A stretch of 63,669 nucleotides of DNA, counting the filler, from Octopus bimaculoides (taxonomy: Eukaryota): the NCBI RefSeq assembly GCF_001194135.2. It is 6 parts of 6 records of this genome, joined end to end, with 100 filler letters (N's around TTAATTAATTAA, not from the genome) between each part and the next. Parts side by side here need not be neighbours in the genome. Positions count along the whole stretch, not along the records: positions 1 to 29,382 come from NC_068987.1; 5 more parts are not named here. One strand, 5' to 3'. This document shows positions 1 through 12,399 of this stretch, piece by piece. Position 1 is the first letter of the stretch; each line of letters begins with the position of its first letter. Below the pieces are notes generated by a model. That model saw only the letters and a program-made list of their open reading frames with translations. It searched no databases and was not told where the DNA came from. The translations under genes were made by a program, and so were the position numbers.

Positions 1-1632
1 TATGTATATGTATATGTATGTGTATGTATGTATGTATGTGCATGCGTGTGTTCACGTATGTATACATGTATGTATATGTATATGCGAATCTGTTTATTTG
101 ATTAGGTAATAGGCGTACATGTATAGCTATATGTATGTGTATGAGTCTATTTCTATTTATACATGTGTGTATATATAAATGGATACATATGTGTATTTGG
201 GGACATGCATACATGTGTATATTTGTATATGCGTGGAAACGTATGTGCATATGTATAAATGTGGACGTATGAGTGTATATATGTGTGTGTGTATGTGTGT
301 GTGTNNNNNNNNNNNNNNNNNNNNNNNNNNNNNNNNNNNNNNNNNNNNNNNNNNNNNNNNNNNNNNNNNNNNNNNNNNNNNNNNNNNNNNNNNNNNNNNN
401 NNNNNNNNNNNNNNNNNNNNNNNNNNNNNNNNNNNNNNNNNNNNNNNNNNNNNNNNNNNNNNNNNNNNNNNNNNNNNNNNNNNNNNNNNNNNNNNNNNNN
501 NNNNNNNNNNNNNNNNNNNNNNNNNNNNNNNNNNNNNNNNNNNNNNNNNNNNNNNNNNNNNNNNNNNNNNNNNNNNNNNNNNNNNNNNNNNNNNNNNNNN
601 NNNNNNNNNNNNNNNNNNNNNNNNNNNNNNNNNNNNNNNNNNNNNNNNNNNNNNNNNNNNNNNNNNNNNNNNNNNNNNNNNNNNNNNNNNNNNNNNNNNN
701 NNNNNNNNNNNNNNNNNNNNNNNNNNNNNNNNNNNNNNNNNNNNNNNNNNNNNNNNNNNNNNNNNNNNNNNNNNNNNNNNNNNNNNNNNNNNNNNNNNNN
801 NNNNNNNNNNNNNNNNNNNNNNATATATACAGATAAATCCGACGTCTACTTCGAACCGTCGAACAACAGTTAGAAACTTGCTAAACACGACATTAACCTT
901 ATGCTCAATTATTTTACCTTATGTGTACAAATGCTATTTCTCGAGTTGGTCGCAGAGAATGGAAACTGTAATCTAGTTTCCTTTCTATGATTTATTCCCA
1001 AATCTAATCTTCTTGGCAGAATAATTTTAGCACACTTACAAATGTAGTCAGATACAGAATAGCACCAGGATTCCTTTCAGTCGAGATGCAAATACGATTG
1101 TGTATTGATTTATAATATGAAGGCTCGTAGTAGAAGAGTTGTACGAAGACGGTGTGATAAGGCATTCGAAAGGGAGCAGATGCAAGCTGAAAATCTGAAG
1201 TCATAAATACGACATTCTGGTTTTAAATATGACATGAATCTTTTATTGAAGTTTGATGATCTTGTCTGTTTTAACGAGAATATCACATACACAAATACAC
1301 GCAGTAAGAGCGTGTGTGAGAGCGAAGGGGAGTAAGAGTAATTTTGCCTTTGTCTGTAGTTAATAAATTATCCGATATAATATGATAACTGCTACAATTT
1401 TAAATGTAATGAAAGGCATTGGGTAGAATCGACATGGCAAAGAAAAGAAAATTAGTAGAAAATAGAAAATAGAGACAGCTCTGCCAAGATCCAAACAGAA
1501 ACTTCACTAACTGTAACTCGTCTGTTATTTTATTCTTATTTTATTCGACGGTTATTCTCAAATGTAAATGAGCGCTATAGTTTAAACATGATCATGAGGA
1601 ATATGGATCTAGATGCAGACATCTATATATGT

Positions 1633-1712
<80 letters not shown>

Positions 1713-4700
1713 NNNNNNNNNNNNNNNNNNNNNNNNNNNNNNNNNNNNNNNNNNNNNNNNNNNNNNNNNNNNNNNNNNNNNNNNNNNNNNNNNNNNNNNN
1801 NNNNNNNNNNNNNNNNNNNNNNNNNNNNNNNNNNNNNNNNNNNNNNNNNNNNNNNNNNNNNNNNNNNNNNNNNNNNNNNNNNNNNNNNNNNNNNNNNNNN
1901 NNNNNNNNNNNNNNNNNNNNNNNNNNNNNNNNNNNNNNNNNNNNNNNNNNNNNNNNNNNNNNNNNNNNNNNNNNNNNNNNNNNNNNNNNNNNNNNNNNNN
2001 NNNNNNNNNNNNNNNNNNNNNNNNNNNNNNNNNNNNNNNNNNNNNNNNNNNNNNNNNNNNNNNNNNNNNNNNNNNNNNNNNNNNNNNNNNNNNNNNNNNN
2101 NNNNNNNNNNNNNNNNNNNNNNNNNNNNNNNNNNNNNNNNNNNNNNNNNNNNNNNNNNNNNNNNNNNNNNNNNNNNNNNNNNNNNNNNNNNNNNNNNNNN
2201 NNNNNNNNNNNNNNNNNNNNNNNNNNNNNNNNNNNNNNNNNNNNNNNNNNNNNNNNNNNNNNNNNNNNNNNNNNNNNNNNNNNNNNNNNNNNNNNNNNNN
2301 NNNNNNNNNNNNNNNNNNNNNNNNATATATATAAGAATAAGGGCAGGGAATCGTCAATTAATAATAGAATTAATAATTAACAATTTTGCCAAGTAGTTCA
2401 GTATGAAAAAACCTTTATCGGTAAAAACATTTATCATCATAAATATACAGGGATTAGCATTGAATTGCTTCTCCAACATACTGAAAATTTAGAAATAGCA
2501 GTCAAAGAACTACTGATTCTAAACTACAAAAATTTGTAGTTTAGAATCAGTAGTTCTTTGACTGCTATTTCTAAATTTGCAGTATGTTGGAGAAGCAACT
2601 CAATGCTAATCCCTGTATATTTATGATGATATATATATATATATATATGTATATATACGCCAATATATGTGTATATATATATGTATATATATACATATAT
2701 ATAATATACATACACACATATATACAAACACACATAAATATATTTACTTATATACATACGTTTATATATACATGTGTTTGAGCACATCATGTGTATGTGT
2801 GTGGGTGTTTCTGGATGGGTGTATGCATTGGTGAGCACATTTATTTCAATTTATATTTTGAATAGCGTTAATATCATCGCATTAATTGTTCCATATAATT
2901 GTTTTTATTTTTTATGATATACAGCATTAATGTGTTAATGCTCAATATCAAAGCGGAGTGTGTGTGAGTGGTCGTCAGAGACATGTCACAAATATATAAG
3001 CAACCGCGTCTCAGAATGCATTTGTACGTCTCTGTATATGTCTGCGTTTATGTGTCACTCTGACTCTACCTTATGTCCCAATATGTACTCCGGGCACGAA
3101 ATATTCTACAGAGATTGATAAGTAATAGATTTTATGTTGATGAGATGATTTTCTGCCAAGAAAGAAAAGAAACACTAGAGTCAATGCAAAAGATTAAATG
3201 TGTATGATAACTAATTAAATCTTAAATGTTTCCAACATTGAAATATCTGCGTATTGATCGAACGGTAGCCATTAAATTTACCCAGCTGTACACACATTTA
3301 TGTAAACACAGACTCTCACATACACTCAAACACGCACGCATACGTAGAGATACTCACTGAGGTATACAGACAGAAGTAACACAACACGCACATATATATA
3401 TGTACATTCGTACATATATACACTCACACACTTACTCGTATTAGTACTAGTGTTAACATAATTATTAATACACTATCACAGCAGTTACAAAATAAGTAAA
3501 TAAATGAAAATCAATATTTTGCCGTAAAATTATATTTTAAACATAATATTAATAATTTGCTACTGAGTGTGTGTGTGTGTATGTGTGTGTGTGTGTGTGT
3601 GTGTGTCTGTATGTCTGTGTGTGTTTTAATGTACTTATGTATATATGTGTGTGTGTGTGCTTTAATGTACTTATGTATGTGTGTGTGTGTGTGTGTGTGT
3701 ATAATTCTTTCGGGAATTAGATTCCGAAGTACATATAGAGCTATAGATAATGCCATGCAAATATTCTGTTGAAAAGCCAGACAGGATAGAAAACTCAGTG
3801 GCTGCCCTTGAGACGCAAAGTCACGTCTCGTGTATAAATGGTGCACATTTTATTATTGTACCAAAATAATCTATCAAATTTCGCAGATAATTTTAAAAAC
3901 TGTTATTCTTATCTACTACGATCTTTTGTCATCCCATCGACTTGCCTATGCTTTTGAAAGGTAAATTAAAACACAAAGCCAGTCAATAAACATTAAAAGA
4001 ATCCCCGTTATTTTTTTCCTAAACTCGGTTCTCAATTTTAATATGCGACATCAAAGAGACAAGTAAGTTGGACCATCCGATGCTATCACAGTTGACTTTC
4101 TTCCGCTATATATAATTCAAGACACAATTGAATGTCGATTCCAGCAGATCCGCTGCTCAGACTTAATTCCCCGTGTCTACATTATGGTAATGCAATGGAT
4201 TTGCAGCATCTCACCACTGATGATGTTATTTGATATTTTTCACAGATCGCAAGATGCCATATGAAGCGTCAGGTCTTTCTGCTCCTTGAACGCAAAGGAT
4301 AAGTCCTCTTCACGATTCTAGCGATTTTCAAAAACTGTTTTTGATTCCCGGTGGGAAATTGGAAACAGTAATGTTCATAATACGTAAACGTCCATAAACA
4401 TGAACGAAAATATTAATATATGTCGCATGCCCCGAATATTATATACGGTTAGTAACTACGATCTATAAACTGAAGGAATTTGTTCAGTGGACTACATATG
4501 TAATGGACTACATATGTAATGCGTGTGTAGTATGTATGCTGGTTTATGTTTGCGAGCGAACGAATAGTTGCCACAATGTGTTTACTCTTCTAAGTACATA
4601 CATATATTCACTTGCGTAATTTTTTGTGTCTGTTTCTTAGAGTCTAACATTGTAGCTGAATTTCATTTAATAGAATCATGTACGCGATCATACATAACTA

Positions 4701-5236
4701 ATTCTTAGTAAATATTCACCAATAAACAAAATGCTATTATAAGTACATTCTGCTAGTATTCCTCTATGCTCGGATATTATGTTTACATGAATGAATTTCC
4801 GTCAAATATATCTTATACGGCATATCTTATTTCACACATGAAGACATTTTCCAAGGTGTTAAGCAAATTATTATATACCTCATGCTATATTTATATTACA
4901 ATAACCACTGATTTTCGTAAACGATATGCTATGTGATTTTGCATGTACATCATGATATTACATGACATAGAATATTGATGAACTTTAGTGTATTTGCTAT
5001 GTAATGCAACGGAACTTAGTTTGTGTATACAGACCTTAGGTATATGCATTCATATTTACCGAGGAAACGATAAACATGAGCGAGGCATGATTTAATGACA
5101 AACGTTCCTATAAAATATTCATAAGACGAAAAATATCTTCGCTTTTCTGCACATAGTCAGATATGTACACATATGAACACACAACAAAATAAATATACTC
5201 ATACATATATTTATATTTAAATATGTTATATAAGCG

Positions 5237-5290
<54 letters not shown>

Positions 5291-7259
5291 NNNNNNNNNN
5301 NNNNNNNNNNNNNNNNNNNNNNNNNNNNNNNNNNNNNNNNNNNNNNNNNNNNNNNNNNNNNNNNNNNNNNNNNNNNNNNNNNNNNNNNNNNNNNNNNNNN
5401 NNNNNNNNNNNNNNNNNNNNNNNNNNNNNNNNNNNNNNNNNNNNNNNNNNNNNNNNNNNNNNNNNNNNNNNNNNNNNNNNNNNNNNNNNNNNNNNNNNNN
5501 NNNNNNNNNNNNNNNNNNNNNNNNNNNNNNNNNNNNNNNNNNNNNNNNNNNNNNNNNNNNNNNNNNNNNNNNNNNNNNNNNNNNNNNNNNNNNNNNNNNN
5601 NNNNNNNNNNNNNNNNNNNNNNNNNNNNNNNNNNNNNNNNNNNNNNNNNNNNNNNNNNNNNNNNNNNNNNNNNNNNNNNNNNNNNNNNNNNNNNNNNNNN
5701 NNNNNNNNNNNNNNNNNNNNNNNNNNNNNNNNNNNNNNNNNNNNNNNNNNNNNNNNNNNNNNNNNNNNNNNNNNNNNNNNNNNNNNNNNNNNNNNNNNNN
5801 NNNNNNNNNNNNNNNNNNNNNNNNNNNNNNNNNNNNNNNNNNNNNNNNNNNNNNNNNNNNNNNNNNNNNNNNNNNNNNNNNNNNNNNNNNNNNNNNNNNN
5901 NNNNNNNNNNNNNNNNNNNNNNNNNNNNNNNNNNNNNNNNNNNNNNNNNNNNNNNNNNNNNNNNNNNNNNNNNNNNNNNNNNNNNNNNNNNNNNNNNNNN
6001 NNNNNNNNNNNNNNNNNNNNNNNNNNNNNNNNNNNNNNNNNNNNNNNNNNNNNNNNNNNNNNNNNNNNNNNNNNNNNNNNNNNNNNNNNNNNNNNNNNNN
6101 NNNNNNNNNNNNNNNNNNNNNNNNNNNNNNNNNNNNNNNNNNNNNNNNNNNNNNNNNNNNNNNNNNNNNNNNNNNNNNNNNNNNNNNNNNNNNNNNNNNN
6201 NNNNNNNNNNNNNNNNNNNNNNNNNNNNNNNNNNNNNNNNNNNNNNNNNNNNNNNNNNNNNNNNNNNNNNNNNNNNNNATATATATATATATATAATACG
6301 CTTTCTATGTATGCTTTCTTCTATACTTATTTATTTGAAGTCTCCCTGTGAAAAGGAACTGGGTGTTAGCAATTATACGAGGTTCTATATTTGGAATATA
6401 GTGAGCTACAAGAACGCTACTTGTTGAACTTGAGAAAATTTTACTGGTTTTCTAGTAGTATGTATTAGTTATCTGCGTATTAACAGGTTTTTCTTTTGAA
6501 AATCATTGGAGGAAGTGTGAATTTATATCAGTGTACAGAAGCAAAAGGTTTACAAGTAGTTGTCTATCGTTATTCGTCTTCCCTTTAATTTTCGATGAGA
6601 TATTAGTAACAGCAGGACAACTAACGTCATTGATGATACACGGATTTCTATGAGTGTCTCTAGCAACCATATTCAGTTTGCTAAAAGTATTGATAGTGAT
6701 ATTACACCATTATTCTATACTTACTATAATATTGGAGTAATTATTTGATGCAGCTTGTGCAAATTTGTCACCTAATACGCTAATATTTATCCGCCAACTT
6801 CATTAGCTACAGAATTTGTCCAAGCTATAGCATACCAATTCTGTATCACAATCTGGACTCACACTATTCTTTTCAAAATGCGTATTAATTGCTTTCCGTT
6901 AAATGTCAGTTTTTTCATCTATTCGGTCTCTCTCACTGGTAAATTCCTATCTTCTATAGCTCTCGGGGAAATTTCAGGATTGTATGTGTGTTGCCGGTAC
7001 GTTATTCTTTTCTAGCAGTATTTAACCACGATGTATTCTGTTTGATATCTGACTTTTTTTAGACTAATTGATTTAAGGTATTCCAAAGAAGATGAATTTT
7101 AAAATTACATATTTTCTTTCTCATCGCTCAATAAAATGCCGGTAGACTGGAAGAAAACGTATAAGTCAAACTGGCTCGCTCAGATATTCTTCCGTGATAA
7201 GGACGTTTTGCGCTTAGTGTCTGCAGTTTGTGCTTTAAAGTAATTAAGTCTTCATGACT

Positions 7260-7343
7260 TTGGCGTGAAATGTCGCTGTACATAATTTTTTGCATAAGAT
7301 AAAACTTGTATGGTGTGAACCGAGTTCGATTCCAAGCAGTGAG

Positions 7344-7389
<46 letters not shown>

Positions 7390-7500
7390 TCGAAAAGTAC
7401 CTTAGGAAGGAGAACCCATGTTCGAAATTTCTCCGAAGAGTTGTGTTAACAACAAACAAGATGACGACAAATATCCCTCAAATATAAATAATATAATGCA
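7260..7500 (+). repeat. Remnant of an interspersed repeat with an internal (AAT)n tract, possibly a Penelope-like terminal repeat (pLTR)
   Basis: (AAT)n at 7327-7387 followed by ...ccttaggaaggagaacccatgttcgaaattt...gttgtgttaacaacaaacaagatgacgacaaatatcc, resembling a cephalopod repeat recalled from memory; not verified. Confidence 0.3.
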
Positions 7501-8339
7501 TATAATTGATGTTTAGAGAAAGAAATCCATCCAGGTTGGAGGAGCATCAAGATAGGTAGGCTGGGTTCTGTTTGAAATGTCGGTGCGTGAAATGTTGCTT
7601 GGGCACTCAGGGGGGGAGAAGTTTTCATCTTTAATATTTAAATACTAGCAGGTTTCATGAATATTTCACGGAATTATTAGTAAACCTATTGGGTTATTTC
7701 TGAAAACTTTATCCCTTGCTCCCCCAAAAAAGTGTAGCCTGTGTTGTGTCTGTATGGAAAGATATTCTCTCATCTGGTACTCATTGAAATCATCTCATGC
7801 AAGAGATTGGAATACGATGATTAATTAATTGAACTTTAGATATACATTTTATTTACTTTATGTACAATTTTATAGACTTAATACGCAGCACTCATAAAAT
7901 AAATATTCACTCGTATTTTTTCATTTTCCGCATAAAAAAAAATATCCAGTATATATGATAAAACCTTTAGTTACATATATCTGCCACGTAAATAAGCGTG
8001 AATTTTTCACGGAATTGTACTTAAACGCATGCGTTATGTGATAAGTGATGTAAAAAATCTTATTTCAATTTCTAAAAAAATTAGAGACACATTACACTAT
8101 TCAATCACCACTACCATTTTTTACACCTACATCTCAACCACCAGCAACACCATCATCTTTCTCTCCTCTCTCAATCCTTTCTTCTCCCTCTTTCACTACC
8201 TCCTTTGTTCTCTCTGTCTCTCTCTCTCTCTGTTTCTCTGTCTCTCTCTCTCTGTCTCTCTGTCTCTATCTCTCTCTGTCTCTCTCTCTATCACTCTGTG
8301 ACTTTCTTTATCCTCACCATCAATACATCACCCCTGTGC

Positions 8340-8615
8340 TAAAATTATTACGTTCCCCCACTGCACGTCATGGACGCTTATCTCTGTCTCTTTCTGTCTC
8401 ATTTGTCACCTAATCCTCTTTTTCTTTCTCCCTTTAGTTTTACCTTGATTTCTCTTCAACTAATCACGTGAAAGCGTTTTAATTACATTTCCTCTACCTC
8501 ATGTCATGGACACTTCTCTCTCCCTCTTTTCTGCCCTCTCTCTTTTTCTTTCCCTCTTTTCTTTTTCCCGCTTTTTTTAATCACATGAAAGCGTTAGCGA
8601 CGGGCTAAGTAACGC
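8340..8615 (-). repeat. Imperfect tandem duplication, probably the 3' UTR of the adjacent Penelope-like element
   Basis: Motif pair 'cacgtcatggacgc...aatcacgtgaaagcgtt' (8364-8478) recurs as 'catgtcatggacac...aatcacatgaaagcgtt' (8500-8595), directly downstream (minus strand) of the GIY-YIG remnant. Confidence 0.35.
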
Positions 8616-8619
8616 AATG

Positions 8620-10085
8620 ACAAGCAACATTATAAAATTCCTTTTTGATGTAATAGTGCTTATCTTTTAACTGATGCGAAGCTCATTTTTTGTGCATCGT
8701 CCCATGTTCTATCTGACCCTAGTAAAGATGCCCCAGGTTACTTGGACGTTTCTCACGCCTCTCTCTTTCAATATCCATAGGATACTGCATAGGGATATGT
8801 TGTTTGTATTTTTGTTTTTGCCTCTGAACGAAGGCAAATACTGCGTATATATTTCTTTGACGGTGTTCCCCGTCATTCCGATGATATTGGCCTTGTACAT
8901 CGATTCTTTCTCCAGGTACTTGCTATTCAGAGGACAGCTATCTGGGAATATAAAATTACATATTCCTTTGGTGTGTATTCGTAATATTGTTGTTTTTATT
9001 CTGATTGATTATAATCGAACTTATATTGGGAAGGCAACTATATCTAACTTTAACCGTACGTATATTGAAGATCTTATGATATTTATGTGGGTGAAAGAAG
9101 TGGTTATCTATTAGTCTTAGAAATTTCATAGTTATGTTAATAGCTATGTTCTACAAGGAGGAATGTACCATAAAAGTGTCCTCTGCTAACGCTTTCTTGA
9201 TCTATTATATTTGGTTAAATATAATTTATGCTTCACCCTATTACGGCATTGTTGTATGCGCAGCTTTTCGAAGGCGGTTTTATTGGAGGATATGCTGAGA
9301 ATGCCACAGCTAATACCATTAACTAATTGTTTTATTATTGACGGTCAATGTATGTGGTATCTTCATTTCGTTTATGTTAAGTTTTAAATTAGCCTCTATT
9401 AATAGGAAATTAAGTTTGTTAAGATTACTGTTAATTATAGTCCTTAGATTTAAGTGGTTAAATATTTTGTATATATTTTCCTTATCTAATCCAAGTTGTG
9501 CACTCCTAGAAAGCCATTTTCCCTGTATAGCCATATGTCAGTCTCTTTTATCTCTTTTTAAGGATATCGAGAATATAAAGGCCAACCAGATTCGTTATTT
9601 CTCCAACATCATAGCTATCCATCGCGACATCAGATAGATCATCCGCATGTTGTTGTTATTGCGGATGAACTATCCGATGTCGCAATGAAATTATCGTGGA
9701 AAAGTAATGACTTTCTAGCATCTATTATGTTTACATCGGTATTAGTATTGGTTACATACGCTTTATGAAATTGAAAGTGCCTTTTGGCGAAGGTTTTTCG
9801 AGATAGAATGTTTAAAACTCCAGAATGATATTACTAGATAAATATGCATTTGGAGTTATCTTCAATCTTATTAAACATTTCATTGGTCGCGTTGCTATTT
9901 ATCCATTGAGTAAATATCCTATGATGTTGTCTAATATAGATATATTAATAATACTTATTTCACTTTTTGTAGGATGTATCAATCTACAATTGGAGTTTTG
10001 CTTAAAATTGTCCTTTGGTCTTTGAATGTTACAAATGCTTTTCTTTGGCTGAATCGTTCTACTCTATCTTTGATTTTAAGTTTCA
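8620..10085 (-). mobile_element. Degenerate Penelope-like retroelement (RT + GIY-YIG endonuclease), with stops and frameshifts
   Basis: Manual minus-strand translation gives PLE motifs in the correct order: KIKDRVERFSQRKAFVTFKD and NSNCRLIHPTKSEI (RT N-terminus, ~9940-10085); DVAMDSYDVGEITNLVGLYIL (9631-9570, cf. DVTMGSYDGAEVCELVGLY); KENIYKIFNHLNLRTIINSNLNKLNFL (ORF 9319-9534); IIGMTGNTVKEIYTQYLPSFR...LCSILWILKE (ORF 8709-8900, GIY-YIG-like). Confidence 0.8.
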
Positions 10086-10169
10086 TAGTAGGAGAGCATT
10101 TCATAGAAGGCTATCGTGTGAGGAATAAGAACAGGATCAAAGCATTCCATTTTAATGGCTTATATAGCT

Positions 10170-10323
10170 ATGCGGAGAGCATCTGCGAAATTCGTCCTGA
10201 AGGTGCTGGAGGAGCAACAGAAGCAACCCCACATGGGAATCTCGCAGGACATGCTGGAATGTGCAAACCACAACCCAGTCTTCATGAAGATCACCATCAC
10301 TGGCGATGAGATATGGGCTTGTG
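10170..10323 (+). mobile_element. Mariner transposase gene fragment
   Basis: MRRASAKFVLKVLEEQQKQPHMGISQDMLECANHNPVFMKITITGDEIW matches the mariner 'SAKFVP...IITGDETW' segment containing the first catalytic Asp. Confidence 0.8.
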
Positions 10324-11042
10324 ATCTCTGTTTGATGTGTTCATCTGACGTGAAATGGAAAATCCGACGAAAGTGCAATACCCGTGTATATTGTTGTCGT
10401 AACAGTAAAAAACTGAACCGGATTTCCTGCTTGAAGATTTTGAGTCACGCACAGGCAGGGTTGCATCACTTACAAATAAAGTGATCTTTCCCACACAGCA
10501 TTTCTTTCAGTCAGATGTTTCCTGAACGCACCTCGTATACCCATGTTTTGTTTCGTTTACTATTATGATATTGTAGTAAGATGTGTGGGCTCTAAAGCAC
10601 TACCAGTAGAATTTCGAAGTTGAGCTTGTTTAGGGTATTTACTAGTGAACAGTTCATGCAAAAACGATTCGGTACTGTGTAGATAATGTACTCGTCATTA
10701 TAAAAAGGTTTAATGAAGGAATTTGTTACAAGGAGAGGTCTTTAAATCTTGATTAATATACTTGATACTCACATTATGGGCACGTTGGTAAGCGTAAACT
10801 TTATGGCAAACGTTGAGATATTTAGGATACGAACAGTGATGTCTTGCGTATATTTGCCATCTCGTATAAATGATAGAGCTTTAGTGGTCTTCCATACGTT
10901 AAAGTGGAATGGGAATATTTCTGTTTCCTTATACGTTCATTTCTACTTAATTCCCTATCTATCTATAAATTTTTTTTCTCTCTCAGACATACACACTCAT
11001 ATACATATATATGTGATTAGAGTGAGATATAGATTTACATTC

Positions 11043-11097
<55 letters not shown>

Positions 11098-11745
11098 CAT
11101 GCATATATATGTGTGTGTGTGTGTGTGTGTTCGCGTGTGTTTGTGTGTGTATGTGTGTGTGTGTGTGTGTTCGCGTGTGTTTGTGTGTGTGTGTATGTGT
11201 ATGTGTGTGTGTGTATGTGTGTGTGTGTGTGTGTGTGTTTGCGTGTATTGACATATGTCTGTGTACGTGTTTGGATGGGATATACTCGGGAAAATGGGAG
11301 GTAAGGAGACAGGGAAGCAGAAAGTGAGATAGATAGAGTGAAAAACATCGTATGACAAATATTTTATTTATTTATTTTATTTTTACGACTAGCTAGTACA
11401 TTTCTAAAAGTTGAGTAGCCAAAATCAGAGTATATGAAGCAATTTTGCAAATAAACCGAATCATTGCTGTCAATAAAAATCAATATTGACATGTCGGTGG
11501 CTGAGTTGTTTCTGAGAGGATGGCTAGAAGCTAAGTAAATAAAAGTAGATTTCCAGCATGGATGCACTCAACTTGCAGGCTCACTGAACATTCGCTTCCC
11601 TTTTAACTCAATTACAGGCTTTCTGGCTAGGAAAATAGCTAGCTTTGCTGCAGCAATGCGCATGCGAAAATGTGTGTGTGTGTGTGTGTTTGTTTCATTG
11701 TATGTATGTATGTATATCTATCTATCTAGCTAGCTAGCTAGCCAA

Positions 11746-11778
<33 letters not shown>

Positions 11779-12399
11779 TNNNNNNNNNNNNNNNNNNNNN
11801 NNNNNNNNNNNNNNNNNNNNNNNNNNNNNNNNNNNNNNNNNNNNNNNNNNNNNNNNNNNNNNNNGTGTATGTGTGTGGTGTGTGTACGTGAAGATGTAAA
11901 TTACTATTTTTATGTATAGACATATGCGAACATATAGCTGACTTTGAAAAATCTATTGTGTACATATGCTGATGCAATTTATATGTATTTGAAGAATTAA
12001 TGCTGGCGAATTTATATACATATATTTTTGTCCATGAAATGTATTGCAAGAAGACACATGCACATGTGCACAAAGTGGTAAACTCAGATATCATATTATC
12101 TTTTGTCTAGATAAAGTTATGTGTATAATATTATCCACTATTATGTGTTTAGGTACAGTTACACTGTGCACGTTCCTTTGCGCTTCCAATATATGAAAAC
12201 TAGGCGCATAATCGAAGCCAAACAAGTCAAAAAATATTTATTGTTATAAATAAGTAGTACACACACACATATACACTCACATACACATACATATATATAT
12301 ACACATATATAAATATACACACACACACATATATATACATATATATATATGTACATATATACATATATACATGCTCACATACTTATATATACATACGTA

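Noticed and set aside
1071-1206. Acceptor-like ttcctttcag followed by a 41-codon frame (SRCKYDCVLIYNMKARSRRVVRRR...)
   Set aside because: Short, no recognisable domain and no partner exon; compatible with chance.
4489-4523. 16-bp tandem duplication tggactacatatgtaa
   Set aside because: Trivial slippage event with no further structure.
157-6351. Long ORFs containing X runs and YI/HT/CV repeats, here and throughout the window (e.g. 17158-17896, 32460-33400, 50051-51010, 57254-58272, 60547-61630)
   Set aside because: They are translations of N gaps and dinucleotide/tetranucleotide microsatellites, not genes.
6360-7230. Possible second Penelope-like ORF remnant on the minus strand (TYNP-like motif)
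   Set aside because: Too degraded; no convincing RT or GIY-YIG motif could be read.
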